Assembly (NCBI RefSeq): GCF_037844525.1
Contig: NZ_JBBMMD010000083.1
Span: 5,653 to 29,652 of the forward strand
Source: Tepidibacter sp. Z1-5
Lineage (GTDB): Bacteria; Bacillota; Clostridia; Peptostreptococcales; Peptostreptococcaceae
Length of the DNA stretch: 24,000 nucleotides
Reading direction: 5' to 3'
Part shown: piece after piece, positions 7,598-16,198 of the stretch
How positions within the stretch are numbered: position 1 is the stretch's first letter
Layout of the letters: every line of letters starts with the position of its first letter
Position numbers and translations under genes: made by a program
Notes under the pieces: generated by a model
What the model saw: the letters and a program-made list of their open reading frames with translations, nothing else
Databases searched by the model: none
What the model was told of the DNA's origin: nothing

Positions 7598-8364
7598 AAA
7601 GATTTTACAACATCTTCGAATTCATCAAATGTTAACGATTGGGGTCCGTCCGAAAGTGCTTTTTCAGGTTCAGGATGTACTTCTACCATTATACCATCTG
7701 CTCCTGCGGCAAAAGATGCTAAACTCATTGGTTTAACTAGTTCTTTTATCCCCGTTCCATGACTTGGATCAACTATAACAGGAAGTCCTGTTTCTTTTTT
7801 TAATATAGGAACTGCTGCTAAATCCAATGTATTCCTAGTATAATCATCATACGTCCTAATTCCTCTTTCACACATTATTATATTTGTATTTCCACCAATA
7901 GCTATATACTCAGCAGCATTTATCCATTCTTTAATTGTAGCGGACATACCTCTTTTTAAAAGTACAGGCTTGTCTTGTTTTCCTACCTCTGTTAATAGAG
8001 AGAAATTGTGCATATTTCTAGAACCAATTTGTATAATATCTGCTACATCATATATTTTGTCAAGATCTCTTACATCCATTAATTCTGTGACAATAGGGAT
8101 ACCCACTTCTTTTTTGACTGATTCAAATATCTTCAGACCTTCTTCTTTCATACCTTGAAAAGAATAAGGAGAAGTTCTAGGCTTATATGCTCCACCTCTT
8201 AATACATTCGCACCTTTACTTTTTATAAATTTAGCAATGCTTAGAAGTTGTTCATAACTTTCTACTGCACAAGGTCCAGCAATTATAAGTCTATCATTTG
8301 GAATAGTTGTACCATTTTTTAAATTTATAGTAATATCCATATTTTTTAGTATGATTTTACTCAT
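7588..8364 (-). CDS. aroF: 3-deoxy-7-phosphoheptulonate (DAHP) synthase, class I-beta, core-only form without a regulatory domain
   Basis: 258 aa with [54 protein letters not shown] and [16 protein letters not shown]. Its start overlaps the folK stop by 8 nt. Confidence 0.85.
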   Translation of the reverse strand: MSKIILKNMDITINLKNGTTIPNDRLIIAGPCAVESYEQLLSIAKFIKSKGANVLRGGAYKPRTSPYSFQGMKEEGLKIFESVKKEVGIPIVTELMDVRDLDKIYDVADIIQIGSRNMHNFSLLTEVGKQDKPVLLKRGMSATIKEWINAAEYIAIGGNTNIIMCERGIRTYDDYTRNTLDLAAVPILKKETGLPVIVDPSHGTGIKELVKPMSLASFAAGADGIMVEVHPEPEKALSDGPQSLTFDEFEDVVKSLNK

Positions 8365-8842
8365 TCCCTATGTACTCCTTTACTTCTTCCGCATCTAATT
8401 CACTTAACCAGTCTTTTAACAACTTACCTTTTATTGTTAAATCTTGTTTTAAATCAATCAAAGGTATCAACACAAAAGCTCTTTCTTGTATTCGTGGATG
8501 AGGAAGAGTTAATTTTTCACCATTACAAATTATATCATCATATATTAAAATGTCAATATCTATAGTTCTAGGTCCCCACCTAATGATTCGTTCTCTTTTA
8601 AGATTAAGTTCTACTTCTAAACATTTTTTTAGTAATTCTTCAGGTGTTAAATTTGTATCTATTTCTACGCAAAGATTTAAAAAATCATTTTGATTAGTAT
8701 ATCCCCACGGTCTTGTTTCGTATACCTTGGATATTTTGACTATTTCTGTATTTTCAAATTGCTTTATGTACCTTATCCCATCATTTAAATAATTCAATCT
8801 ATCTCCTATATTAGTACCAAGACCAAGATAAGCTCTACTCAT
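8357..8842 (-). CDS. folK: 2-amino-4-hydroxy-6-hydroxymethyldihydropteridine diphosphokinase (HPPK)
   Basis: 161 aa with [30 protein letters not shown] and LTLPHPR. It overlaps folB by 8 nt. Confidence 0.95.
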   Translation of the reverse strand: MSRAYLGLGTNIGDRLNYLNDGIRYIKQFENTEIVKISKVYETRPWGYTNQNDFLNLCVEIDTNLTPEELLKKCLEVELNLKRERIIRWGPRTIDIDILIYDDIICNGEKLTLPHPRIQERAFVLIPLIDLKQDLTIKGKLLKDWLSELDAEEVKEYIGNE

Positions 8843-9200
8843 ATTTTTTTCTCCTTATTTCTACACCGAAATAATCGAATATAGCATTTACCGGTGCTTC
8901 TGGTTTTTTTACTCTAACCATAATTTCTTGAACCATATCAAAATTATCAAATAGTTGTTTTGATATATTTTCTGCCAAAGCCTCTAATAAGTTATACTTT
9001 TCTTTCTCAACTACTTTCTTTACAATCTCATATGCTTCACCATAATGAACTGAATCATTAACATCGTCACTTTCACCAGCTTTTTTAAAATCTAAATAAA
9101 GTTCTATATCAATAAAAAACTTCTGGCCTAGTATATTTTCTTCTTTTAAAGCCCCATGATATCCGTAAAATGATAAATTATTTAATATAATCTTGTCCAT
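8835..9200 (-). CDS. folB: Dihydroneopterin aldolase
   Basis: 121 aa with FYGYHGALKEENILGQKF and the typical length and position between folP and folK. Confidence 0.92.
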   Translation of the reverse strand: MDKIILNNLSFYGYHGALKEENILGQKFFIDIELYLDFKKAGESDDVNDSVHYGEAYEIVKKVVEKEKYNLLEALAENISKQLFDNFDMVQEIMVRVKKPEAPVNAIFDYFGVEIRRKKYE

Positions 9201-9203
9201 TAC

Positions 9204-10001
9204 TTATACGTCCTTTCTGTATATAGCGTCTGTAACCCTTGCAGCTCTTGCATTTTCTTTTATATCATGAACCCTTACTATATCAACTCCCTGAATTATT
9301 CCCATTACAGTGGTAGCTATTGTTCCTTCTACTCTTTCTTTAGCAGGAAGATCCAAAATTTTTCCAATCATAGACTTCCTAGATGTTCCTAATAAAATTG
9401 GGTATCCTAAATCTTTTAATTCATCAATACGCTTCATAACATGCATATTTTGCTCTGGAGTTTTACCAAATCCGATTCCTGGATCAAGTATTATCCTATC
9501 ATCTTTTATGCCTGCTTTTTTGGCTATTTCTATACTTTTATTTAAAAACTTCTTTATAGATGATATAATATCTTCCTCGTATTCGGTACTATCCTGATTG
9601 TGCATAATAACTATATATGCATCATGCTCAGCAATTACATTAGCCATTAATTCATCCTTTTGTAATCCCCATATATCATTTATCATTGGTACTCCAAGTT
9701 TTAGAACTTCACTAGCTACAGATGCTTTATAAGTATCAACCGAAATCGGTACATCAATTGTATTTATTAATTTTTTAACAACAGGGACTACTCTTTTAAT
9801 TTCTTCGCATTCATCCACAAATACTGATCCAGGTCTTGTAGATTCTCCTCCTATGTCTATAATATCTGCTCCTTGCTTTATCATTTCTTTAGAATGTTTT
9901 ATAGCAAGTTCTACATTATTATGCTCTCCTCCATCTGAAAAACTATCAGGAGTTACATTTAAAATCCCCATTATATATGTCTTTTTCCCAAAATTAAACA
10001 A
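9204..10001 (-). CDS. folP: Dihydropteroate synthase
   Basis: 265 aa with IMGILNVTPDSFSDGG, DIGGESTRPG and DPGIGFGK. The TTG start at 10001 has AGGAGGA 7 nt upstream. An alternative ATG lies at 9971. Confidence 0.95.
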   Translation of the reverse strand: MFNFGKKTYIMGILNVTPDSFSDGGEHNNVELAIKHSKEMIKQGADIIDIGGESTRPGSVFVDECEEIKRVVPVVKKLINTIDVPISVDTYKASVASEVLKLGVPMINDIWGLQKDELMANVIAEHDAYIVIMHNQDSTEYEEDIISSIKKFLNKSIEIAKKAGIKDDRIILDPGIGFGKTPEQNMHVMKRIDELKDLGYPILLGTSRKSMIGKILDLPAKERVEGTIATTVMGIIQGVDIVRVHDIKENARAARVTDAIYRKDV

Positions 10002-10013
10002 TTTCTATTCCTC

Positions 10014-10586
10014 CTATTTGTAGTTTATCAAACTCATAACTTCAGCTCTTGCAGCTACATCTTTTTCAAATATACCTCTTACTGCTGAAGTTATAGTTTT
10101 TGAGCCAGGTTTTTTTACTCCCCTCATAGTCATGCACATATGTTCAGCTTCAACTACAACTATAACTCCATATGGATTTAAAACATCAACAATCGCATCA
10201 GCTACCGTCTTCGTTATTCTCTCTTGTAGCTGAGGTCTTTTAGCAGCAGTTTCAACCACTCTTGCAAGTTTAGACAGTCCTGTAAGCTTTCCTCCTCTTG
10301 GAATATAACCTACATGCGCCTTGCCGTGAAATGGCACTAAATGATGTTCACACGTAGAATAAAACGGTATATCCTTTACAAGAACTAATTCTTCATGCTT
10401 TTCATCTTGAAAAAACAATTCTAAATGTTTTTTAGGTTCTTCATTTAAACCACTGTATATTTCCTCATACATTCTAGCTATTCTATCAGGAGTATCAATT
10501 AAACCTTCTCTATCAGGATCTTCTCCTATTGCTTCTAATATATCTCTTACAGCTTTTTTGATTTTTTCTTTATCCATATCTCCCAT
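10014..10586 (-). CDS. folE: GTP cyclohydrolase I (FolE type)
   Basis: 190 aa with the zinc site [10 protein letters not shown] and [12 protein letters not shown]. The start could instead be the second ATG (complement of 10575-10577, giving MDKEK...). Confidence 0.96.
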   Translation of the reverse strand: MGDMDKEKIKKAVRDILEAIGEDPDREGLIDTPDRIARMYEEIYSGLNEEPKKHLELFFQDEKHEELVLVKDIPFYSTCEHHLVPFHGKAHVGYIPRGGKLTGLSKLARVVETAAKRPQLQERITKTVADAIVDVLNPYGVIVVVEAEHMCMTMRGVKKPGSKTITSAVRGIFEKDVAARAEVMSLINYK

Positions 10587-10594
10587 CTCCCTTT

Positions 10595-11248
10595 TTATTT
10601 TATATTTTTAAATACATATTCAACCATGGCATTTAGAACATTAAAATCATAACTCATATATAAGTTTTGAAAAAGATTATATAGATTATAATCTTCTTCT
10701 TTTATTTTTTGAAATAATTTCTTATCTTTTGGAACCCATTTATTGTTCACTATAAAATAAGATTTCAATATTTTTTTTAGACATAAATTTGACATAAAAT
10801 GAATATAAGCTAAATCTTCACTATTTTTAATTCTTTTTATGTTATCTGTAATATTAAATTTTAATTCCTTTATCTCACATAAGCCGTACGTTAAAGGACC
10901 CTTATTATATTCACTTTCAGCGTATTTCTTTATATCATCTAGTATATTTTTTTTGTCATATATATTATTTCCTTTAATAATTCCTTCTATAAAGAAAAGT
11001 TCTTTTTTCTTTATCAATTCATATGCTAAGTTTTCAGAAAAATAATTTATATCAAATTCAACATTTTGTATATTATATCTTTTTCTTATTTGTTTATCTC
11101 CCTGTTGAGTTATAATAAACAAATCGATATCATTTATATTTTTATTAAAATTCAAGTCAACACTAGAACCAACTACTATTATAGCTATATTATTTTGATT
11201 TTTTTTAAGTTTTAATACTAATTCTTCATACACTTGTTTAATATCCAT
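10595..11248 (-). CDS. Uncharacterised Pol-beta-superfamily nucleotidyltransferase-fold protein with a helical C-terminal domain
   Basis: 217 aa. NTase signature IIVVGSS-x10-NDIDLFII (G-S...D-x-D) followed by NVEFDINY. The last 120 aa or so are helical. The ATG overlaps the pabC stop by 11 nt, and the stop lies 8 nt before the folE start. Confidence 0.7.
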   Translation of the reverse strand: MDIKQVYEELVLKLKKNQNNIAIIVVGSSVDLNFNKNINDIDLFIITQQGDKQIRKRYNIQNVEFDINYFSENLAYELIKKKELFFIEGIIKGNNIYDKKNILDDIKKYAESEYNKGPLTYGLCEIKELKFNITDNIKRIKNSEDLAYIHFMSNLCLKKILKSYFIVNNKWVPKDKKLFQKIKEEDYNLYNLFQNLYMSYDFNVLNAMVEYVFKNIK

Positions 11249-11993
11249 AGTATATTTCCTTTAAATTAGAATTTATTTTTCTAAATATGTTATTTTCTTT
11301 TTGATAATTTATATTATTTATCGTTATCACCTTCATTAAATCTATAAGACTATTTGTTATAAAACAAAATTCAAAATCTTTAATTTCATCTAATTTTATT
11401 ATTTTTTCAATCAATTCTATATTCATTTTTTTACAAATATCGATTACTTTAAATCTTATTATACCAGGTAAAGCCGATTTATCTATAATAGGTGTATATA
11501 CTTTATTTTCTTTTATAAAAAATATATTAGTCATAGACCCTTCTAAAACTTCATCATTTAAACTCACCATCAATGCTTCATTAAAATTTTTAGATAAAGC
11601 ATATTTTTTAGAGTACATATTTTCAAAATAATTAGTGGTCTTATGATTATATAATATACTTTTGCCTCTTTTGATAGGAGATATATTTAATTTAAATCCT
11701 TCTTTGTAATCATCGTAAGTGTAATTTATATTTCTTAATTGAATGTTAAAGCCTTCATCATATACACTTACTCTTAAAGCTTTATAATCTACGTTTTCTA
11801 TAAAACAATTTATTTTTTCTTTTAATTCCCTTTTTTCAATAGGCATGTTTAAATTTAATTTTTCAATGGAACTATACATTCTACTCAAATGTTCCTCTAA
11901 AAATATTACCTTTCCATTGATTACCTTCATAGTTTCAAATATTCCTATTCCGAATTTAGTTAATTCGCTATTAAAAGATGCTTTATTCTTCAT
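11238..11993 (-). CDS. pabC: Aminodeoxychorismate lyase (class IV aminotransferase fold)
   Basis: 251 aa with FGIGIFETMKV and LEGSMTNIFF. It overlaps pabB by 11 nt, within a pabA-pabB context. Confidence 0.85.
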   Translation of the reverse strand: MKNKASFNSELTKFGIGIFETMKVINGKVIFLEEHLSRMYSSIEKLNLNMPIEKRELKEKINCFIENVDYKALRVSVYDEGFNIQLRNINYTYDDYKEGFKLNISPIKRGKSILYNHKTTNYFENMYSKKYALSKNFNEALMVSLNDEVLEGSMTNIFFIKENKVYTPIIDKSALPGIIRFKVIDICKKMNIELIEKIIKLDEIKDFEFCFITNSLIDLMKVITINNINYQKENNIFRKINSNLKEIYYGY

Positions 11994-13332
11994 AATATCC
12001 TCTTATAGCATTCATAATCGATTTTGCTTTATGAAGAGTTTCTTCATACTCATCCTCTGGATTAGAATCCCAAGTTATTCCGCCTCCAACTTGAAAAAAT
12101 ACATCATCATCTTTTTTAATTATAGTTCTAATAGCTATATTAAAGTCAGCATTAGAGTCAAATCCTATATACCCAACCGAACCTGTATATACATTTCTAG
12201 CTGTAGGTTCCAATTCATCAATAATTTCCATAGCCCTTATTTTAGGAGCTCCAGTTATTGATCCTCCAGGAAAAGTAGCACTTATAACATCTACTATATC
12301 TTTATCCTTTTCAATTTCTCCAACAACAGTTGATACTAGATGATGAACATTTGCATATTCTTCTAATTTGAATAATTCAGGTACTTTTACTGTACCTATT
12401 TTAGCAACTCTACCTATATCATTTCTTTCTAAATCTACAATCATTAACAATTCAGCTTTATCCTTTTCGCTATTTGAAAGTTCATTTTTTAACAACAAGT
12501 CTTCTTCTTCATTCTTCCCTCTAGGTCTAGTTCCTTTTATAGGTCTTGTCTGTATACAATTGTCACTAACTTTTATAAACCGTTCTGGAGAGTTTGACAA
12601 TATATGAATATCTTGGAAATTCAAAAAAGCTCCAAAAGGCGCAGGTGATATTCTTCTAAGATCTCTGTATAATTCAAAACTTGACATACTAACTTTACCA
12701 TGAAATCTTTGCGTCATATTAGCTTGATATATATCACCATTTTTTATATAGTCTCTTATTTTTTCAATTGCATCTATGTAGTCTTTCTTTTTAAAATTGG
12801 ACTCTAGCTTTACTTTTGAAAATGTTTTTTGTTCATAACACAATTTATCTATGCCATTATTTTGAGCACCATTTATTAAATTACATACATTGGCAACTAT
12901 CTTTTTTTCATCTCTAACATTTATCTCAGGAGTTGCTATAAGAGTTTTATTCATCAAATGATCAATCACAATCACCCAGTCATATAATCCAAAATATAAA
13001 TCAGGAGATTTTATATCATCCACTACACTTTTAGGTAATTTTTCTATGTAATTACCTAAATCATATGATAAATATCCCACTGCTCCACCTATAAATGGCA
13101 GTTCTGTATCGTTTTTTATTTTATATTTATCAAGCTCTATTCTTAGTTTTTCTAGAGGATTCACTTCACTATCCTTATATCTTAAAATTTTAAAAGGATT
13201 TGAACTTATAAATGAATATCTACCTAATTCTTTTTCATCCATAGAACTATCAAGTATAAAACTGTATTTATCATCTTTAAACAAAGTATATATTTCAAAT
13301 GAATTCAAACTTGTTGATATTTCTCTTATCAT
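11983..13332 (-). CDS. pabB: Aminodeoxychorismate synthase component I
   Basis: 449 aa chorismate-binding enzyme with SPERF, IKGTRPRG and FPGGSITGAPKIRAMEII. Assigned to PABA rather than tryptophan synthesis from the pabC/fol context. Confidence 0.9.
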   Translation of the reverse strand: MIREISTSLNSFEIYTLFKDDKYSFILDSSMDEKELGRYSFISSNPFKILRYKDSEVNPLEKLRIELDKYKIKNDTELPFIGGAVGYLSYDLGNYIEKLPKSVVDDIKSPDLYFGLYDWVIVIDHLMNKTLIATPEINVRDEKKIVANVCNLINGAQNNGIDKLCYEQKTFSKVKLESNFKKKDYIDAIEKIRDYIKNGDIYQANMTQRFHGKVSMSSFELYRDLRRISPAPFGAFLNFQDIHILSNSPERFIKVSDNCIQTRPIKGTRPRGKNEEEDLLLKNELSNSEKDKAELLMIVDLERNDIGRVAKIGTVKVPELFKLEEYANVHHLVSTVVGEIEKDKDIVDVISATFPGGSITGAPKIRAMEIIDELEPTARNVYTGSVGYIGFDSNADFNIAIRTIIKKDDDVFFQVGGGITWDSNPEDEYEETLHKAKSIMNAIRGYYEE

Positions 13333-13333
13333 A

Positions 13334-13912
13334 TTAATCCTCCTCTCTAGCTTGTCTTAAGAAATTTTTCAATATTTCATGACCTTGTTCAGTAAGTATC
13401 GCTTCAGGATGAAACTGTACTCCCTCTATAAGATAATTTTTATGTTTAATTCCCATTATTTCACCTTCATCAGTAATAGCTGTTATTTCTATATCATCAC
13501 TCAATGTTTCTTTGTCTACAACTAAAGAGTGATATCTTGTAACATTTAATGGATTATTTAGATTTTTGAACACGCCTTTATCAAGGTGTTTTATAGCATG
13601 AACCTTACCATGTACAGGCCTTATAGCTCTTTTTATTGTCGCTCCGAATACTTGTGCTATTGTTTGATGTCCTAAGCATATACCCAGTATAGGTTTTTTT
13701 CCTTTGAAATAATTTACAACATCTATACTAATACCTGCTTCATTAGGAGAACACGGTCCTGGAGACAATACTATAATTTCCGGATTTAATTTTTCCATTT
13801 CAAGCAATGTTATTTCATTATTTCTTTTTACTATTATTTCTTCGCCTAATTCTCCCAGAAACTGAACTAAGTTGTAAGTAAAAGAATCGTAATTATCTAT
13901 CATTAAGATCAA
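13334..13912 (-). CDS. pabA: Aminodeoxychorismate/anthranilate synthase glutamine amidotransferase component II
   Basis: 192 aa with MILMIDNYDSFTYNL, GICLGHQ (catalytic Cys) and QFHPEA. The TTG start at 13912 has a G-run SD 7 nt upstream. An alternative ATG lies at 13903. Confidence 0.92.
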   Translation of the reverse strand: MILMIDNYDSFTYNLVQFLGELGEEIIVKRNNEITLLEMEKLNPEIIVLSPGPCSPNEAGISIDVVNYFKGKKPILGICLGHQTIAQVFGATIKRAIRPVHGKVHAIKHLDKGVFKNLNNPLNVTRYHSLVVDKETLSDDIEITAITDEGEIMGIKHKNYLIEGVQFHPEAILTEQGHEILKNFLRQAREED

Positions 13913-13959
13913 TTTATTTCCCCCCCTTTTTTGGCAAAAATAGTGTAAATATCATATAT

Positions 13960-13968
13960 ATTATACCA
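13960..13968 (-). promoter_or_regulatory. Extended -10 promoter element (TGGTATAAT) for the folate operon
   Basis: The complement of 13960-13968 reads TGGTATAAT, about 45 nt upstream of the pabA start. The -35 is weak (ATAAAA at 17 nt). Confidence 0.55.
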
Positions 13969-14131
13969 TTAAACATATCTGTTTTTATAAATTTCTTATC
14001 TACATATGTATGTAAATTTTCTACATTTTTCTTAGTATCTAAATATTTTTACGAGAAATTATAATAGTATGTAAATCAAAACTTAAATCAATGTCATCTT
14101 TTTAATAAATAATTATATTAGGGAGGATTTT

Positions 14132-14314
14132 ATGGAAAAATATATAATAATACGTTCTGATAATAAGTCTATTTCAAAACCTATGAATAGAGAAGAAGCT
14201 ATATATACAGTAAAAAAGTATGATAAACAAGGCATATCCAGTTATATAGTTTCAGAAGATGAGGGAAATAGAATAGTCAAAGACGGAAATTTTTATACTC
14301 CTAAATGGGAATAA
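14132..14314 (+). CDS. Hypothetical small protein (60 aa)
   Basis: AGGGAGGA lies 6 nt upstream of the ATG. The stop is followed by an 18-bp bidirectional terminator. No recognisable motif. Confidence 0.6.
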   Translation: MEKYIIIRSDNKSISKPMNREEAIYTVKKYDKQGISSYIVSEDEGNRIVKDGNFYTPKWE

Positions 14315-14356
14315 AAATTAAAATACACATTCAATTAAGAATGTGTATTTTAATTT
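14315..14356. terminator. Bidirectional intrinsic terminator (small ORF + / deacetylase -)
   Basis: Perfect 18-bp stem (14315-14332 pairs with 14339-14356) with 6-nt loop and A/T runs within both arms. It overlaps the deacetylase stop codon. Confidence 0.8.
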
Positions 14357-15117
14357 CCTATAATTTTTATTTCATTTTCATAATCTCTATTTTCTATAAG
14401 CTGAGATACTGTTACAAATTTATAACCTCTATGTTTAAGTTCTGGCAATATTATTTTTAAAGCTTCATATGTTTGACTTGTAGTATTAACATAATCATGA
14501 AGTAATACAATATCTCCATTTCCTACATTGTTAATGACTGTATTTGCTATCTTTTCAACACCAGGATTGCTCCAATCTTTACAATCTTGGCTAGATGACC
14601 ATAATATTATTTTAATATTATTTTTTTTAGCTAAGTCTTTAAGACATTTATTATAGGAACCAAACGGTGGTCTAAATATTTTTGGTTTTTCTTTTATTAC
14701 ATCGTATATATTTTTTTGGGTTTTATTAAATTCTTCTTCTATTTTTCTACTAGGTATTTTTTTAACATCAACATGAGAGTATGTATGATTTCCAATTTCA
14801 TGCCCTTCAGCTTTTATTCTCTTTAGTGGTTCAGGATAGAACTCAACATGTTTTCCTAATACAAAAAATGTGGCTTTCACTTCATATTTTTTTAGTAAAT
14901 CTAATATCTTTGGTGTATATCTCGGATGAGGACCATCATCAAATGTAATAGCTATAACTTTTTTATCTCTAGGACCATTCCAAACAAGTTCTGTATTATC
15001 CAAGATTTTGTTAATTACACTTCCATTAGTTTTCATAGAATTTACAATCATTATTCCAGATTCATATCCTATTAACATTACCATAATAATTATCAATATA
15101 ATCTTTATATTCTTCAT
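14350..15117 (-). CDS. Membrane-anchored polysaccharide (peptidoglycan-type) deacetylase, NodB homology domain
   Basis: 255 aa with an N-terminal TM helix. NodB motifs IAITFDDGPH and HEIGNHTYSH, then RPPFGSY and LLHD. Confidence 0.9.
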   Translation of the reverse strand: MKNIKIILIIIMVMLIGYESGIMIVNSMKTNGSVINKILDNTELVWNGPRDKKVIAITFDDGPHPRYTPKILDLLKKYEVKATFFVLGKHVEFYPEPLKRIKAEGHEIGNHTYSHVDVKKIPSRKIEEEFNKTQKNIYDVIKEKPKIFRPPFGSYNKCLKDLAKKNNIKIILWSSSQDCKDWSNPGVEKIANTVINNVGNGDIVLLHDYVNTTSQTYEALKIILPELKHRGYKFVTVSQLIENRDYENEIKIIGN

Positions 15118-15178
15118 ATAACTCTATCCCCTTACTAAAAATTGTATACATTATATAGATATTATATGAAGAGTTCAT

Positions 15179-16003
15179 TTATTCTCCCGTTTTTATTTCA
15201 TTATCATCATAGCTTATCCAATCACTCCATGATCCTAGATAAAGTTTTGATTTTATACCAATTTCATCAAGAGCTACAAAGTTTACACAGCCAGTTATTC
15301 CAGATCCACAATGAACAATTATATTTTCATATTTTGATACTTTTTTAAAATGATCTTTTAATTTTTTACTATTCTTTACTTTATCATTTTCTAAAACATC
15401 CATCCAAAAATAATTTTGTGCACTAGGAATGTGACCTGCTTTTTTATCAATAGGTTCTACTTCTCCCTTATATCTTTCAAAAGACCTTGAATCAATTATA
15501 ATAGATTTATTTTTATCTATATTTTTTCTAACTTCATCTACTGTTGCTATCATAGACTGATTTATATTAATATCTAAATATTTATTTTCTTTCTTAGGAA
15601 TATCAGATGTCAAAGCATAACCTGACTTTATCCAATCTTTTATTCCTCCATCTAAAATATATACTTTGTCATGTCCTATATATTTTAACATCCACCAAAA
15701 TCTAGAAGCACCTGCAACTTCTCCATCATCATAAACTACAACTATTGTACTATTCCCTATCCCACAACTTTCTAATTTTGATTTAAACTCATTTAAATTA
15801 GGTAACGGATGTCTTCCTCCATGTTCTTTTACATCTCCTGCTAGATCTTTATCCATATCCATATATACTGCGTTTGGTATATGTTCTTTCAAATAACTAT
15901 CTTTACCATATGAAGGCGTCTGTAAATCAAATCTACAATCTACTACAACCATATCACCATTATTATTTTCTTTTAACCATTTTGCACTAACTAAATTTTT
16001 CAA
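15179..16003 (-). CDS. Tandem-rhodanese sulfurtransferase (thiosulfate/3-mercaptopyruvate type)
   Basis: 274 aa with two rhodanese domains and an active-site loop HCGSGITGC in the second. TTG start with a GGAAGTGA SD. Confidence 0.88.
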   Translation of the reverse strand: MKNLVSAKWLKENNNGDMVVVDCRFDLQTPSYGKDSYLKEHIPNAVYMDMDKDLAGDVKEHGGRHPLPNLNEFKSKLESCGIGNSTIVVVYDDGEVAGASRFWWMLKYIGHDKVYILDGGIKDWIKSGYALTSDIPKKENKYLDININQSMIATVDEVRKNIDKNKSIIIDSRSFERYKGEVEPIDKKAGHIPSAQNYFWMDVLENDKVKNSKKLKDHFKKVSKYENIIVHCGSGITGCVNFVALDEIGIKSKLYLGSWSDWISYDDNEIKTGE

Positions 16004-16098
16004 AACATCACTTCCTAACTTTAAAATAATAATCTATATGTTTATTCTATCAATTATTTGGAAATAGTTCTATATATAAAAATAAATATAAGCTTTTT

Positions 16099-16125
16099 AA
16101 AACCACCTGCATAGCAGATGGTTTT
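16099..16125. terminator. Second hairpin with flanking A/T runs, downstream of the aminotransferase terminator
   Basis: 12-bp stem with one mismatch (16099-16110 / 16114-16125) and a 3-nt loop. GGUUUUCUUU on the plus strand, GGUUUUAAAAAG on the minus strand. Confidence 0.5.
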
Positions 16126-16132
16126 CTTTATA

Positions 16133-16168
16133 CAAAAAACTAGTCAAGACTTTTTAAGTCTTGACTAG
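16133..16168 (-). terminator. Intrinsic terminator of the aminotransferase gene
   Basis: Perfect 12-bp stem (16140-16151 / 16157-16168) with 5-nt loop, followed on the minus strand by UUUUUUG. Confidence 0.85.
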
Positions 16169-16198
16169 GGTCATGTTAAATTCTAATAACATTATTTA

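Noticed and set aside
7588-8364. Alternative call of KDO8P synthase (kdsA) for the 258-aa aldolase-fold enzyme.
   Set aside because: The motifs [16 protein letters not shown] and [13 protein letters not shown] are the DAHP synthase I-beta pattern. The host is a Gram-positive spore former, and the gene is coupled to chorismate-consuming pab genes.
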